Below are positions 12,301 to 24,300 of a stretch of 64,000 bases of DNA, piece after piece. Each line of letters starts with the position of its first letter. Within the stretch, counting starts at the first letter, position 1. The notes under the pieces are model-generated. The model worked only from the letters and a program-made list of their open reading frames with translations. It was not told the origin of the DNA and searched no databases. The translations under genes were made by a program, and so were the position numbers. The DNA is taken from NCBI GenBank assembly GCA_000708835.1, contig DF237384.1, forward strand, positions 14,379-78,378, read 5' to 3'. The DNA comes from Klebsormidium nitens. Lineage: Eukaryota > Plantae > Klebsormidiophyceae.

Positions 12301-15300
12301 CTGTTGCAGTTGCCAATGGTACATTCTTCTGATTAACAATCATATCGAGTTGTCTCAAGCTTTCTCCTTCGCTTAAGCCAATGAGATTGCAATTTAATTC
12401 TGGCTTGCAGGTTTTTCTCAGATGCATGAGTTGTGAACTGCTCTTTAATTCGTCTTATGTCCTCCTTTTTGGGGTTGCAGTGCATTGAGGCCTAACAGAC
12501 TTTCTGAACTTCCAGACACTTCCAGACTTCTGAAGATGCTAGCTTGAGCATTCAGGTGTGCCGCCAAACCAACAATCCTTGCTCGTTTCGCTCTTACAAC
12601 GCTTGACTCGTCTTTGCAGTTCCCTTCAACCCCACCTTGAGCAGCGTCCCTGACGCGATCGTACTGGGCACGACTTTCTACATCGAGGTCTCCCTGAGCG
12701 GGCCCGTCTTTGGCGCCAACTTCACTGGTTACGACGCCTTCGCCCCCGCCTGCCGCCTGCCAAACTTGTGGGGCCTGGTCGTGCCCGCCACCTTCATCAC
12801 CAATGGAACCACCCCGGCTCTGGGCTGCACCCTGGCAACCCAGTATTACATGAACCCCGGCTCATTCATACTGGAGGTTTCTCTAAATGGGTACGACTTT
12901 GTGGCCTGCCCAGAGCGGCTAAATATAGTTCCCTCTAACAACACCAACTGGAACTACAATTGGGTGCCCGGCTGGCAGTCCCCGCCCGCGCTGCCGAGTG
13001 CCCCGGGCCGGTGCGTACCGTTCGTGGGCGATCCGGAGAATGTGGACGCGAGTCTGCTAAGCATAGTGGTGGGGAACGAGACGGTCCCAAACCCGGTGCG
13101 CATTTTCCCCATGTTCTTCCAGGCGGATTACATGCAGAGCAGCGCGTACTTCGGAACGGTCCCTGCGGCTGCGGATGAGATCATGCTCACGGCAGTGCCG
13201 GCCATAGCCGGCGTTAATGTGACGCTAGACGGCGTTCCTTTGGCGCTGTCTTGCGAGAATGGAGAGCTCGCGGGCAACTCGATATCGGCGGCCATCCCTC
13301 ATTCCGGCCTCAACTGGTTCCGTTTCTATGTCACCGCCCTGGACGGAATCCACGAGCTCGGCTACCGCCTCGACATCTTTGCTGAGCCGCCGCTGGGACC
13401 GGGGTCGTGCCCGCGGCCCTACAAGCTGACGTCACAAACCAGCTGCCTCCAACGGCTTTCGCCTCTGGTCGGACCTGTGGCGGGGGGCACCCAGGTCTTT
13501 GTGGGCTTGTCTGGCGGTCTGCCCTCGTTCGCAGCCAACTATTACTGGGGCTGGGGCTCCGACTCCGGTTCTCAATTCAAGCCGCCCGTCTGTAGATTTG
13601 GCTCCCAAGCAGTGAACGGAACGTACACTCAGGGGTGTTCCTCTGGCTGGTGCGGGGGGGGCGTTCTGTGCGACACTCCCGCAGTGAAAGCCCCGATGGG
13701 CGGGCAAACTGTGCCGGTCACGATCAGCTTCGACGGAGCAACTTTCACCGCAAGGAATGCTACTTTCACGTATTATGGTAAGGAGTCAATCTTTGTCCGG
13801 TTCTTTTTCTGCTGTGTTCTGCTAAGCTCAAGCTTCGACTTTGTTTTATCAACAAGCTTGGATCGGTATGCGAAAAATTTGCAGAAGAACAAATTTTTCG
13901 TACGAACCCAACATGCTAAGAAGTTCTCTGAAAAACAGGTCATGATGTCACTGCAGCTTTGGTGGACCAGGAACTCTGTTTGTGTCAATTGGATCGTCAA
14001 AATCAGACCTTCTGTTTCAAGTCTCAAGATGAACTCAAAACTAGTTTCTTTCTGCCAAGAGCAAGAGATCCACCCATGTTGTCCTAGCACAAGTCCACGA
14101 ACCTCATATGGGAGATAAGCAGACAAAGAGCAGAGTACCTCCGCCATCTCCACGCCAAAAAGCCTGGCAATACTTGTTATTCAAGTGCTTGTTTCATTTT
14201 CTGTCTTGCAGCCCCGTTCACGGCGCGGGCCGTCACCAATCTTTCAAGCCCGCCCTGTATTGGGGTCCCCTTCGAAGCCGTCGTTCCCTTGGACGGCCTA
14301 CTTTTCCCGCCCGATTTCACCTACTCCGACCTCCTCCGGGGCTCCAGTTCCCCGGCTTCTTGTGACCTGGAAGGCACCCTAAGCGTTGCCGAGTATTGGC
14401 CCCCGACCGCACACCAAATCAAACCCGAGATTCGGTGCACCACCATGGCACAATCGTGGCTGTCCCCCGGTCCGCACACCCTCCGGGTCTCTCTTAACGG
14501 GCGGGACTACGTGGCAGTCCAGACGCCGCTGAGTTTCAGCGCGGCAAACGAAAGCGTTAACGGGTGGGTTCCCGGTCCGTCCTGGTACCAGAACGGGCTG
14601 CAGCTCGACTCCAGTGATCCGGGTTACTGTTTAAGCTACCTCTCGGGACCGGGAAGCGCCAACACCACGCTCGCGAGCGTGTCCCTGGCGCCCGCAAACC
14701 TGACGTCCGATTTCACCCCGGACGTCCGCAACTATGCGGCACGTGTTTCCTGGGACGTGAGCCAGGTGGCGATCCGCGTGGCAGCCAGCGTGGTGGGCGC
14801 GGCCGTTCGCATCAACGGGAGCCCGGTTGACGTCCGCTGTTCAAACCGGACCCTGTCCAACAACACCTTTCCCGCTCCGATCCTGTTCACCGGAACAAAC
14901 GCTTTCACCATAGAAGTCACGGCTCCCAACAGAATCAGCCGGAGCCTCTACACTCTTAACATTGAGTCGGACCCGGCGCCAGTCCCCGGGCCCTGCCAGA
15001 AGCCGTACGCGCCGCAGATCACGACTGCCTGCCTTCAGCAAATCTTCCCGGGCGTCGGCCCCGCGCGCGGCGGCACGCAAGTCCGCCTCCAGTTCCCATA
15101 CGGTCAGCTTCCTCTGGGCTATCCAAACTGGTGGAACTGGGGATCGTACGGAACGGACGCAAAGCTTCCGCTTTGCGCGTTTGGTGACTTGGTTGTCAAT
15201 GGCTCGTACGGGTATGACGGGACCAGTATCGTGTGCCCCTCCCCCGCATGGCCCGCGTCCGAGCCCCCCGAAACGGTGGCCGTGAGCTTCAGCCTGGACG

Positions 15301-18300
15301 GGGCCGTCTTCTCAACTCTGGGCGCTACCTTCACTTACTATGGTGAGCGCTTGGATGATGGATCTCAAAACTTAGATTGCCGTTGAAAGCAAAAAAGATG
15401 GCCGGACAAATGAATCTGCCTTCCTCTACCTTCACTGGATTGGAACGGTTTGACCGTCATTCAGTAGACTTTAATGTGAACTCATACCGTCAGTATTGAC
15501 GGACTCCTCGCTCCAGATTTCGGAGCAGGTCTTAATCGTGTTGGCAATTGGGGCGTCTTTTCAGTGCAGTCGAGATCATTAGTTTGAAATTCTCGGGACT
15601 TGTAGACGTTCTCCCCAGTGATGAGTCCCGCTTCCTTCAACTTTTCTGTTTTAGTCAGATTCTTTTTAGAAGCATGTCATGCGTTGAAGTACCGCAATCT
15701 CTAAGTTCCAATTCCGCTCTTGCAATCCTCTGAATATTCTTCTCTGCAGCCCCCTTTGCGCCAGGCACTGTGACCGGTCTCCCTCCCACTCTCTACACCG
15801 GAGCAGCCTACCAGGCGTCTATTCCCCTCGGCAAAACGGTTTTTCCGACGGACTTCACCGACTATGACTTGGTCGGCCTATCAGCCACTTGCAACCTTGA
15901 CGGCACAACCTCGGCCGCCCAGATCCTCCCGGAAGTTTTCTCCGACGGCAGCCTGGCCCTGAGCTGCACCGTCTTTGCCCCCTGGTACTATCAACCGGGG
16001 CCCCACACCCTGCAAGTGTCGCTCGACGGCATGAACTATTCGCCCTTGCCGGCTCCTATTTTTTTCACCGCCCCCAATGAGACCACTTACGGCTGGCCTT
16101 ACTACCGAACCCCGAATTGGAACCAGGGCAGGCAGCTGTACGGCCCGGGGTATTGTACCGGGTACCGAACCGGGCCCACCGCAGCGGACTCTTCCCTGGG
16201 TACGCTTGCCGTCGACCAGGGGGCCCTTCTCCCGGACTTCAACCCGGCCACCCGGGCATATGCAATCAACGTGACGGCTGACGTCACGGAGATCAATCTT
16301 ACTCTGCTGCCGGGCGCGCCGCGCGGCGCGGTCGTGGAGGTGAACGGAGTTCCGGTCAACATCAGCTGCGCCGGGAACGAGACGGCCGGAAACGTCTTCT
16401 CAGCAGCGGTCCATTATGTTGGACTGAACGCTTTTGTGATCACCGTCACTGCCCCTGACAACATTCATCAAACGGCTTACCGCCTGGACGTATACGCTGC
16501 GCGCGCAGGCAACGTGTGCGCAGAGCGCGCCTACGCCCCCGCCGCGCGTGCGGCCGCGTGCATGCAGGGCGTCGCTCCGAGCCTGGGCCCTGTGACAGGT
16601 GGCACACGCGTGGCCGTTCATTTCCCATACGGGCAGCTTCCGCTGGGCAGCTTCCGCGGTTATTGGGAGCAGTGGGCGAGTTTTGGCGCTAAAGCGCGGC
16701 GGCCGGTCTGCACGTTCGGCGACCAGAGAGTGGAGGGATCATATGGGACAGAGGGCACGACGATCCTTTGCGTGTCGCCGCCTCTGGAGGACCAGTCCCA
16801 GCCGGTCACTGTGGACCTGACGTTCAGCTTAGACGGGAGGGTCTTCACCCGTACCGGAGCAACGTTCACGTATTACGGTGAGCTGCAGCAGCGAGCCCGC
16901 CCTGTGTTGCCAAAGCAACCTCTTTGACCGACAGCTTGTACTTTCTGACGACATCAGAACAATCTGCCCTTTACAAAATTGGTTCTGCCTAGCGTAAAGA
17001 AGCGATTTCAAACTCTAAGCCTCCAAAGCGGGTACCTACTAACAACAATTGCCAGTAGGATTGGGCAAGGAACTGACAAAGCGCTGCTTAGAGCTCATCG
17101 ATCAGTTCCTCAGCTATGTTTGGTGGAGCTGCCTAGTTGCATCTTATTGTCGCCTTAACATGCTTTTTATTCCTCTTTCTTCCTTCTTTTTCCTCCTCCC
17201 TTGCATTACAGAACAAAGTGTCCGCCTTAATGCCTATCGTCATTGCGAGCCTGTCTTTTTGTGCAGCCAACTTCCAGCCTGCCATGGTGGCCGCCCTTCC
17301 CTCCAGCGTCGCCGTGAGTGATCTCGTCACGGCGGTCATCCCCTTGCCTTCGCCACTGTTCGACGCCACCTTCAGTGACTTCGCTCGGGTCAACTCCTCC
17401 GCGGCCTGCCTCCTCCAGCCGGGCTCCACTTCCGCCGCGGCGTACTTTTCGCCGGACTCCGCCCACGACACCCCGACCCTCCGCTGCCTCCTCAAGCTCT
17501 GGATGGGCCCCCAACCGGGACAGTGCGCGCTCCAGGTCGCCCTTAACGGTCAGGACTACACACCGGTGCTACAGCCGCTCATGTTCAGCGTCTGGACCGG
17601 AAACTCGGAGAACTGGTGGCAGAGGCCGCCCGCTCCCGGAAATCAGGTCTGGCCCCTTCCTGCGGCGAGCACCGACCCGTGCATTTCGTACGAAATTGGG
17701 GCCCCGTTCATTGACGCTACTTTAGCTAACCTAACCCTGGTGGCCGGAGTCTGGCTCTCTCCAGACTTCCAAGCGGATGTGCTGAGCTACTCCATAAGCG
17801 TTCCCTCCACGGTTAACGAAGTGACCCTCACGGTTACGCCTAACGTGGTCGGTCAGACCGTCCTCATCAACGGTGCGGAGCTCTTTGCGACCTGCGCAAA
17901 CGGCAGCTTAGTGGGTAACGTCTTCAAGGCGGCGACCCCTTATATTGCAACCAACAACATAACAATCGAAGTGGTCGCCCAGAACGGCATCCATCGGTAT
18001 CTATACACCGTTCTAGTGCAATCTCAGCCGTCCAACTCCCCGGCACTCTGCCAGAAGGATTCTGCGCCGTCCGTTGGCAGCGCCTGTCTGCAAAGCATAT
18101 TCCCCAAAGCAGGCCCAGTGGGCGGAGGGACACGCGTCGTGCTCCGATTCCCCCAGGGGCAGCTGCCATTAGCTGCGGGCAGCTATGGCTATTCCTGGTA
18201 TACCGCGGCTTCCACCGTTAAGAATCCGGTATGCGCTTTCGGGGGGCAGAAAGTGCAGGGATACTACGGGGGAGACGGCAGTACAATCTACTGCAACGCG

Positions 18301-21300
18301 CCGGCGTGGGATCCCACAACAGGGGCAAGGACCGTGCCTGTGTGGTTCAGCTTTGATGGGTCCAGCTTCACGATCTACGGACCAAAGTACACCTACTATG
18401 GTAAGTTTCCGACTTTCTTTCAAAACTTCAAGTCAGCTTGCCTGAGTTTCCTTCCATCTCATCCAAAAAGACGCCTGACCGAGAGGCTTTAAGCATCTCT
18501 TTGTGATCCACGAAGAGTTCTCGAGCTTCTTCAAAAAGTCCTGGGTTCCCTTACAATCTGGTCAAACCGTATACTCCTTCGCTGCCGGTGTGCTTTCGCA
18601 GCGCTCCATCTCCCTATTCTTCACACTGTAGGTTCGGAACCAGAGAGACTCCTACCAGGGCACCAACACGTGATCTTTTCATCCCCCGTTATTGATCTCT
18701 TGACAACAGAAAAGAAGCGCGCACTCAATGTGCTCTGTGACGAGGCGTCAAGTCTGACTGTCTCAGTGCGCTTGATGCTTCATAAGCACTGCCAGTAGTC
18801 GCCCCTACCGACCTGCGGAACACGCCTCTTTTTTCCTTCTGCAGACGCGGTCACAGTAACCGGGGCAGCCACCGTTCCCGCGTCGCCCACCATCGCTTCG
18901 TACTTCACTGCAACAGTGACCTTGTCGGGCGATCTCTCCCCTGAGGATCCCTCAACGTTGTCACCCGCCTGCCGTTTCCTGGGTTATCAGTACCCGGCTA
19001 CAGTCTCCCCCGCCGTATTGAATGGCAGTGCCCCAACTCTCCGCTGCGTTTGCGTTGCCTGGCCCTATTATCCACCGAGTGAATTTGATCTCGAAGTCTC
19101 GTTGAACGGCCAAGACTTCGTCCTAGCGCCAAGTCCGGTCAGCTTGGGGCCCCAACTGCCCGATTCTTCCTGGTCCGGCTTCAACATGCCCACAGTCTTC
19201 CCCCAAGACGTCCCCGGGCACTATCCCCCGGGGGTCTGCCTGACGTACCGCTCGGGGTTGGGGGCGGCCAATGCAACCCTGGCATCCCTCTCCCTAGATT
19301 CTGGTTACCTGAACCCGGCCTTCAATCCGGGCCAGACCTACTACTGGACGAGCCTCCCAACCGACGTCGCGGAGGTAACCCTTGCTTTCGAACCGGGCAC
19401 TAAGGGGGCGACCGTCACGGCTAACGGGACTCCGATTAGCGCAACCTGTGCGGAGGGAGCAGTCGCCAACAACACGTTCCCTGTCTCCATTTCTCATTCC
19501 GCGCCCACGCAAGTGTCTGTTGTGGTTCTTGCGCCAGACGGGATTTCGGAGAGGGTTTACTACGTCACCATATATTCTGAGGTGTGGAGCACCCCGGGGG
19601 GCCAACCCGGGATGGGCCCCTACCCCTCTCCAATGGACCCCTTTGCCCCGCCGGCGATGAGTCCCCCAACCCCGTTTTCTGGCCCGGCGAGGGTGTACGT
19701 GCGCTCTTATGGGCCGGGGCTAAGCTCGTATGGAGGTGAGGCCACAATCGACTTGCAAAGAGGGCCTGAAGCCGGGCAAGGGTTTCCATACAGCACTGTC
19801 TCAAGTCCTGCTTTTATCAGCTTCTGTCGCTTTTGGATTCGGCTGCAGCCGAGCTTGCGCCCGGCCGCTTGCAACTTAATTTGGATCCGAATTGGTCAAG
19901 TACGGACCGAAAAACATTCGTACAGGTTCCCTCTTTGAAGTAGCTAGAAAGTCTCCTCAAGAAATCCATCGGAAGTTGAAGGGAATTTAAGTTCTCTTGT
20001 CCATATTCAATGTGCAAGAATTCTTGTGTCACCAGAACCCTTCTCTCGGCTCCTATTTTGAGAGAACATGAAGAAATCACGTTCTCTTGAGAGACCTTCT
20101 TTGCAATTAGAACCTTTCAGTCCTTACAGTTTGCGCGCCGTGCTTTGCAGGTGGCATCAAGCTTTCCGTTGTGCTGGAACGCCCGGCTGGAGAGATGGCC
20201 CCACACGCCGAGGGCTGGTATTACTGCCAGTTCGATTCGGTCGTGGTCTTTGCGGACAGCTTCCAAGACAACCCGTCGGTGCCTAACGTGTGGACAGTGA
20301 CGTTTGTGGTGCCGCCCTTGCCGCGGGGGAACATGGTGGCGAAGCTGGCCATCAGCGAGGACGGGTTCAACTTCCAGGATTTCGGAGTGTTCCAGTATCA
20401 TGGTGAGGGCGTCCCCTAGAGTCGAGCACTGACCATCTCGTCAAATGATGTTGAAGTGAGTTCCAGAAAGCCAGCGTCGAAGACTCCTCCGGCCTGTGCA
20501 CTGCCCGGTGCCCCCTGTCTGATCTCCTGTTTGCTTTGCCTTCCGAGCCAAGTCGAACGCTTGGTTTGCAAAAGCCGTTTAGAAATTTCAGAGCAACTTG
20601 CGTAACCCTCTAGTAGGACCGACTGGCACTTGCTTACGGCACGACCCACTCTTATCCCTGAGCGGATCATTCCATCGCTCTGCAGAGCCCCTCCACATCG
20701 CCTCTTTTGCGCCGGCTATGGGTTCGACCGCCGGGAGAAGGGAAGTCCAATTCTCGGTCGCCAGCAGCCTCCTCATCTACTCCTCTGCCACGGCCGAGCG
20801 TTTACAACCCGCGTGCAAGTTTGGCAACATCACAGTGCCCGGGACCTTCCATCAACCGTATGCCTCTGAGGATTCGAGTCCTCACATCAGTTGTGTCGGC
20901 CCCGCTTCCCAGCCCGGATTTGCACGGCTTGCGGTGTCGCTCAATGGCCAGGAGTGGGCACCGGTTACCGGCAGGTATCACTTTGTTCAGATGCTTGAAG
21001 ACCCGGACATGCCCGGCCGGTGCTTCTACGGCCACGAGTTTTATGACGACTGCGGTAAGGCTCCTACTGGGGAATCCGTTCTTCCTTCAAAGATTGTCTT
21101 TGCTCCGATCTATCTTTATCGGATTGCAATCGGCCGCAAGGTTTAAGCTTTTGAAGAAGAGCGTTCTTTACCGTTTGGTTATGCAATGCTTTTTTTGGCA
21201 CCAGTCAAAATTCGATCCAACAACTTAGCTTTCAACCTGCTTCCATCTCAGATGTCACCTGCTAGAGAACGGTGCCGGGTTGCTATGATTGCACTGGGCC

Positions 21301-24300
21301 ATATCTTGTCCTTAATCCCCTGAACATCAAGATTGAAGCATCCGTTTGAAAATAGACAGGCCGCTTTGTGACCGATTCGTGTAGCATGATGAGAAAGGAT
21401 AGCTCTCTTGGGGCTCTCAAACAACAGCTAAGCAGTGCTTAGGGATTATGCAGGGTACCCGGAAGAGTTCCCACCCGGTCCACCTACCAGCTTCCCTCCG
21501 GCACAGGGGCCGAGCCAAAGCCCTTCTATCTGTCTGGATGAACGGAGTAAGCGAAGTCAATGAACTCTCTCTCTTTTCAGCATTCATACTGACTTGCGTT
21601 TGTCAAATTTTTCTTTCGAAGAAATAGCACGCCAGAGGCAGTAGAGTTGCCTGAAGATGCTCAGGCATCCAATAAGATTCAAAGTGTGGATCTTGTCTCC
21701 CAACTGCCCAACCTGTTCGGCGTGTCTCCTCTCCACTCCCGGTTCTCAGTCACACCGAAAGGTGTATCAAAGAGCATTCACCGTGTTTTGTGTTCGGTCG
21801 TCATCAGAGGTTTACAGCGATATTATCATAGTATGACTGAGCAATTTTCTCTGTTTTTCCAGACTCTCCCTACCCTTGCTTCGAGGGGGCACCCGCCATG
21901 GCTCCGAGACCCCAGGCTTTTGCCTCCGCGCCAGCCCCCGGGCCACCCTTTACCTTCCTCCCCCCGCCAGGTTTCAATGGAACCCTGAGCGAACCCCTGA
22001 CTGTCGTGGAGGTTTTGCCGGCCGCGGCGGGCGCCTATCTCCAGCTCATCTGTACCGCGCCGGATGGGCAGCCAACGGTCGGCGCGCTCTTCGCGGCCGC
22101 GTTGACCAGCTTCCCCGAGGGCGACGCGCCCGCACAGCCGCTCTTCGTGTCGTACCCGGCGGATCTGCCCGGGGACTACGCCATCGACGTATCGGTGCGC
22201 TCTGGCGGCGTTTACAGCTTCAGCGTCTACCGGTGCTTCGCGCCGGCCTGCGAAGATGTGCAAACCGGGGCGCTTAGCTCACCGGTGGCCGTCTTCCAAG
22301 GCAGCTTTTCCGTCGTTCCGGGTCCGCTCAGCCACAACATGACAACGGCATCTCTGGCGTCGGGTGCTTATGCCGGGGCGGCCGTCAACATCACCATAAG
22401 GGCCCGGGATGCAAACGGCTTATTGCGAACGCAGGGCGGCGACAGCACCCACTTTGCGGCACGCATCGAGCCGGCTGTGGCGTGGCCGCCCAATGTGACG
22501 GACCATGGAGACGGGACGTATCTCGTCAGCTTTGTGCCGGTTCTCGTTGGAGAACACACTGTCACGTTGTTGATTGTGAGTAGCTGCGAACTGGTTTCTC
22601 GCGACACACATTCTGAATTGCTTTGAGAAGCACGTTCCTTAATCTTTGCTGAGCGGATCATTGGGTTGGCTAAGGTCTGCAACTGCCTTTCTTCATTCGA
22701 TACATGAAGAAAAGTGCTGCAAGTGAAGTGGACCCCGAACGGGAGAACCGTTATAGCTTTGACTCTCATGAGAGCCATGTCTCGAGATTTTGCACATCAA
22801 GAGTTTCCAGGCCTCACTCAAGCTCAAGCTTGAAGCCTATTGCAATATTCACTTGTTGGTTTGAGTTCTTAGTTCGTGGGGAGCTAGCGGACACTTATCT
22901 CTACCTCTGACTGTCAGTCCTTCCTTTCATCTGCCAGAGTTCACACTTAAAATCGGAGGCTCGTCTTGAAGAGCCGTCTTAGAGCGGACCGGTCATCGCC
23001 CTGATAAAGATACTACTTATGCGTGTCGGTTTATCCCTGCTTGGAGCGCTTTACTGGACAAGCATCACCTTTTTGCGCTCTCACTTTTCCCCTACCAAAT
23101 CACATCCAGACTGGGTTGTTATACCGTCTTTTACACTCCATCATGCGACTTCTAAGGAGGCAGAAAGCTTGCTGAGGTGCAATTTCATTGTCCGCAGGAC
23201 GAGGAGCCTTTCGCGTTTTTCAAGTTCGACACCCTCCTCGACTCCCGCGACGCTGCCAAGTTCTTCCTGGCGGGCCCCCGCACCGCGGCCGCGGGGCAAA
23301 ACCTGACCTTCTCGGTCCGCCCACTCTTCGACCACTACTTGACCGTCAACTCGTTCTCTATCAACGTCACCAGCACGAATTCACTCAAGGCCGTAGCCTC
23401 GTTGGACGACGCCTCATGCCGCGATGGAACAGCGCGCGCGTCGGTGGACTGCGTCTTCACCTTGAACGCAACGCAGTCGGGGACTTATGCCGTCAGCGTA
23501 TACTTGAGCTCGGAAGAGGTGACCAGCAGCCCGGCTAGCTTCGTGATACTACCGGGGCCCCCCTCGGTTCTGCGCTCGTCAGTGACCGGTTCGGCGCAGG
23601 CGGCTGCGGGCGACGCGGCCGCGTATGCGGTCCGCCTTATGGACTTTTTCGGAAACGCAATCACCGCGGACGTCGTCCTCGAGTTTTCCGGCCCAACTCC
23701 GGCGTCCGTTCCGCAGCTGATTCCGGCGGCATACAACGGAAGCCAAGCGGTGTACACAGCGAAGGCGTTCCTGTCCGCCCGGGGCAGCTACAACATCACT
23801 GCAAAAGCTGTGGTTGCTGCCGACAACGGTGGCGGCAGCCTAGGCGTTTCCTCGCTTCCCTTCGGTCAGCCGCTGATCGTTAAGCCGGGGCCGCTCAACG
23901 CAACGCGCGTCAGGGAGTCGCTCCAGGGGCCCGCCCTGCAGGACGCGGCCGCGGGCGCGCCGCTCTCCATCATAGCGTATCCCCTTGACGCATACAATAA
24001 CCCGCTGGGCCCGACGGAAACTGGCGGCGTGGCAATGCGTGTGATCGTCCGCAACGGAAGTGACGTCACGTTGGTGGATCAGGCACTAAGCTGGGCGGAC
24101 GGCGATACTGTCCTGAAGGGGGGCCGGATTTTTTTGACCGCGGCCGGTGCTTATAACGTCTCCGTTGTTCTAAGCATCGGCGACAGCCCCTCGAGTCTGG
24201 TGTACAACAAGTCCATTACGGTCACGGCGGCGGAGTGGGTCTTGGCCCAGACGCGAGTGTTTGGACTCGCGAGCGTGAGGGCCGGAGACCTTGGCACCTT

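Noticed and set aside
1-18400. CRISPR-like array or diversity-generating retroelement behind the variable loops
   Set aside because: No short identical DNA repeats with spacers, no template repeat and no reverse transcriptase in the window. The variation includes large indels and looks old.
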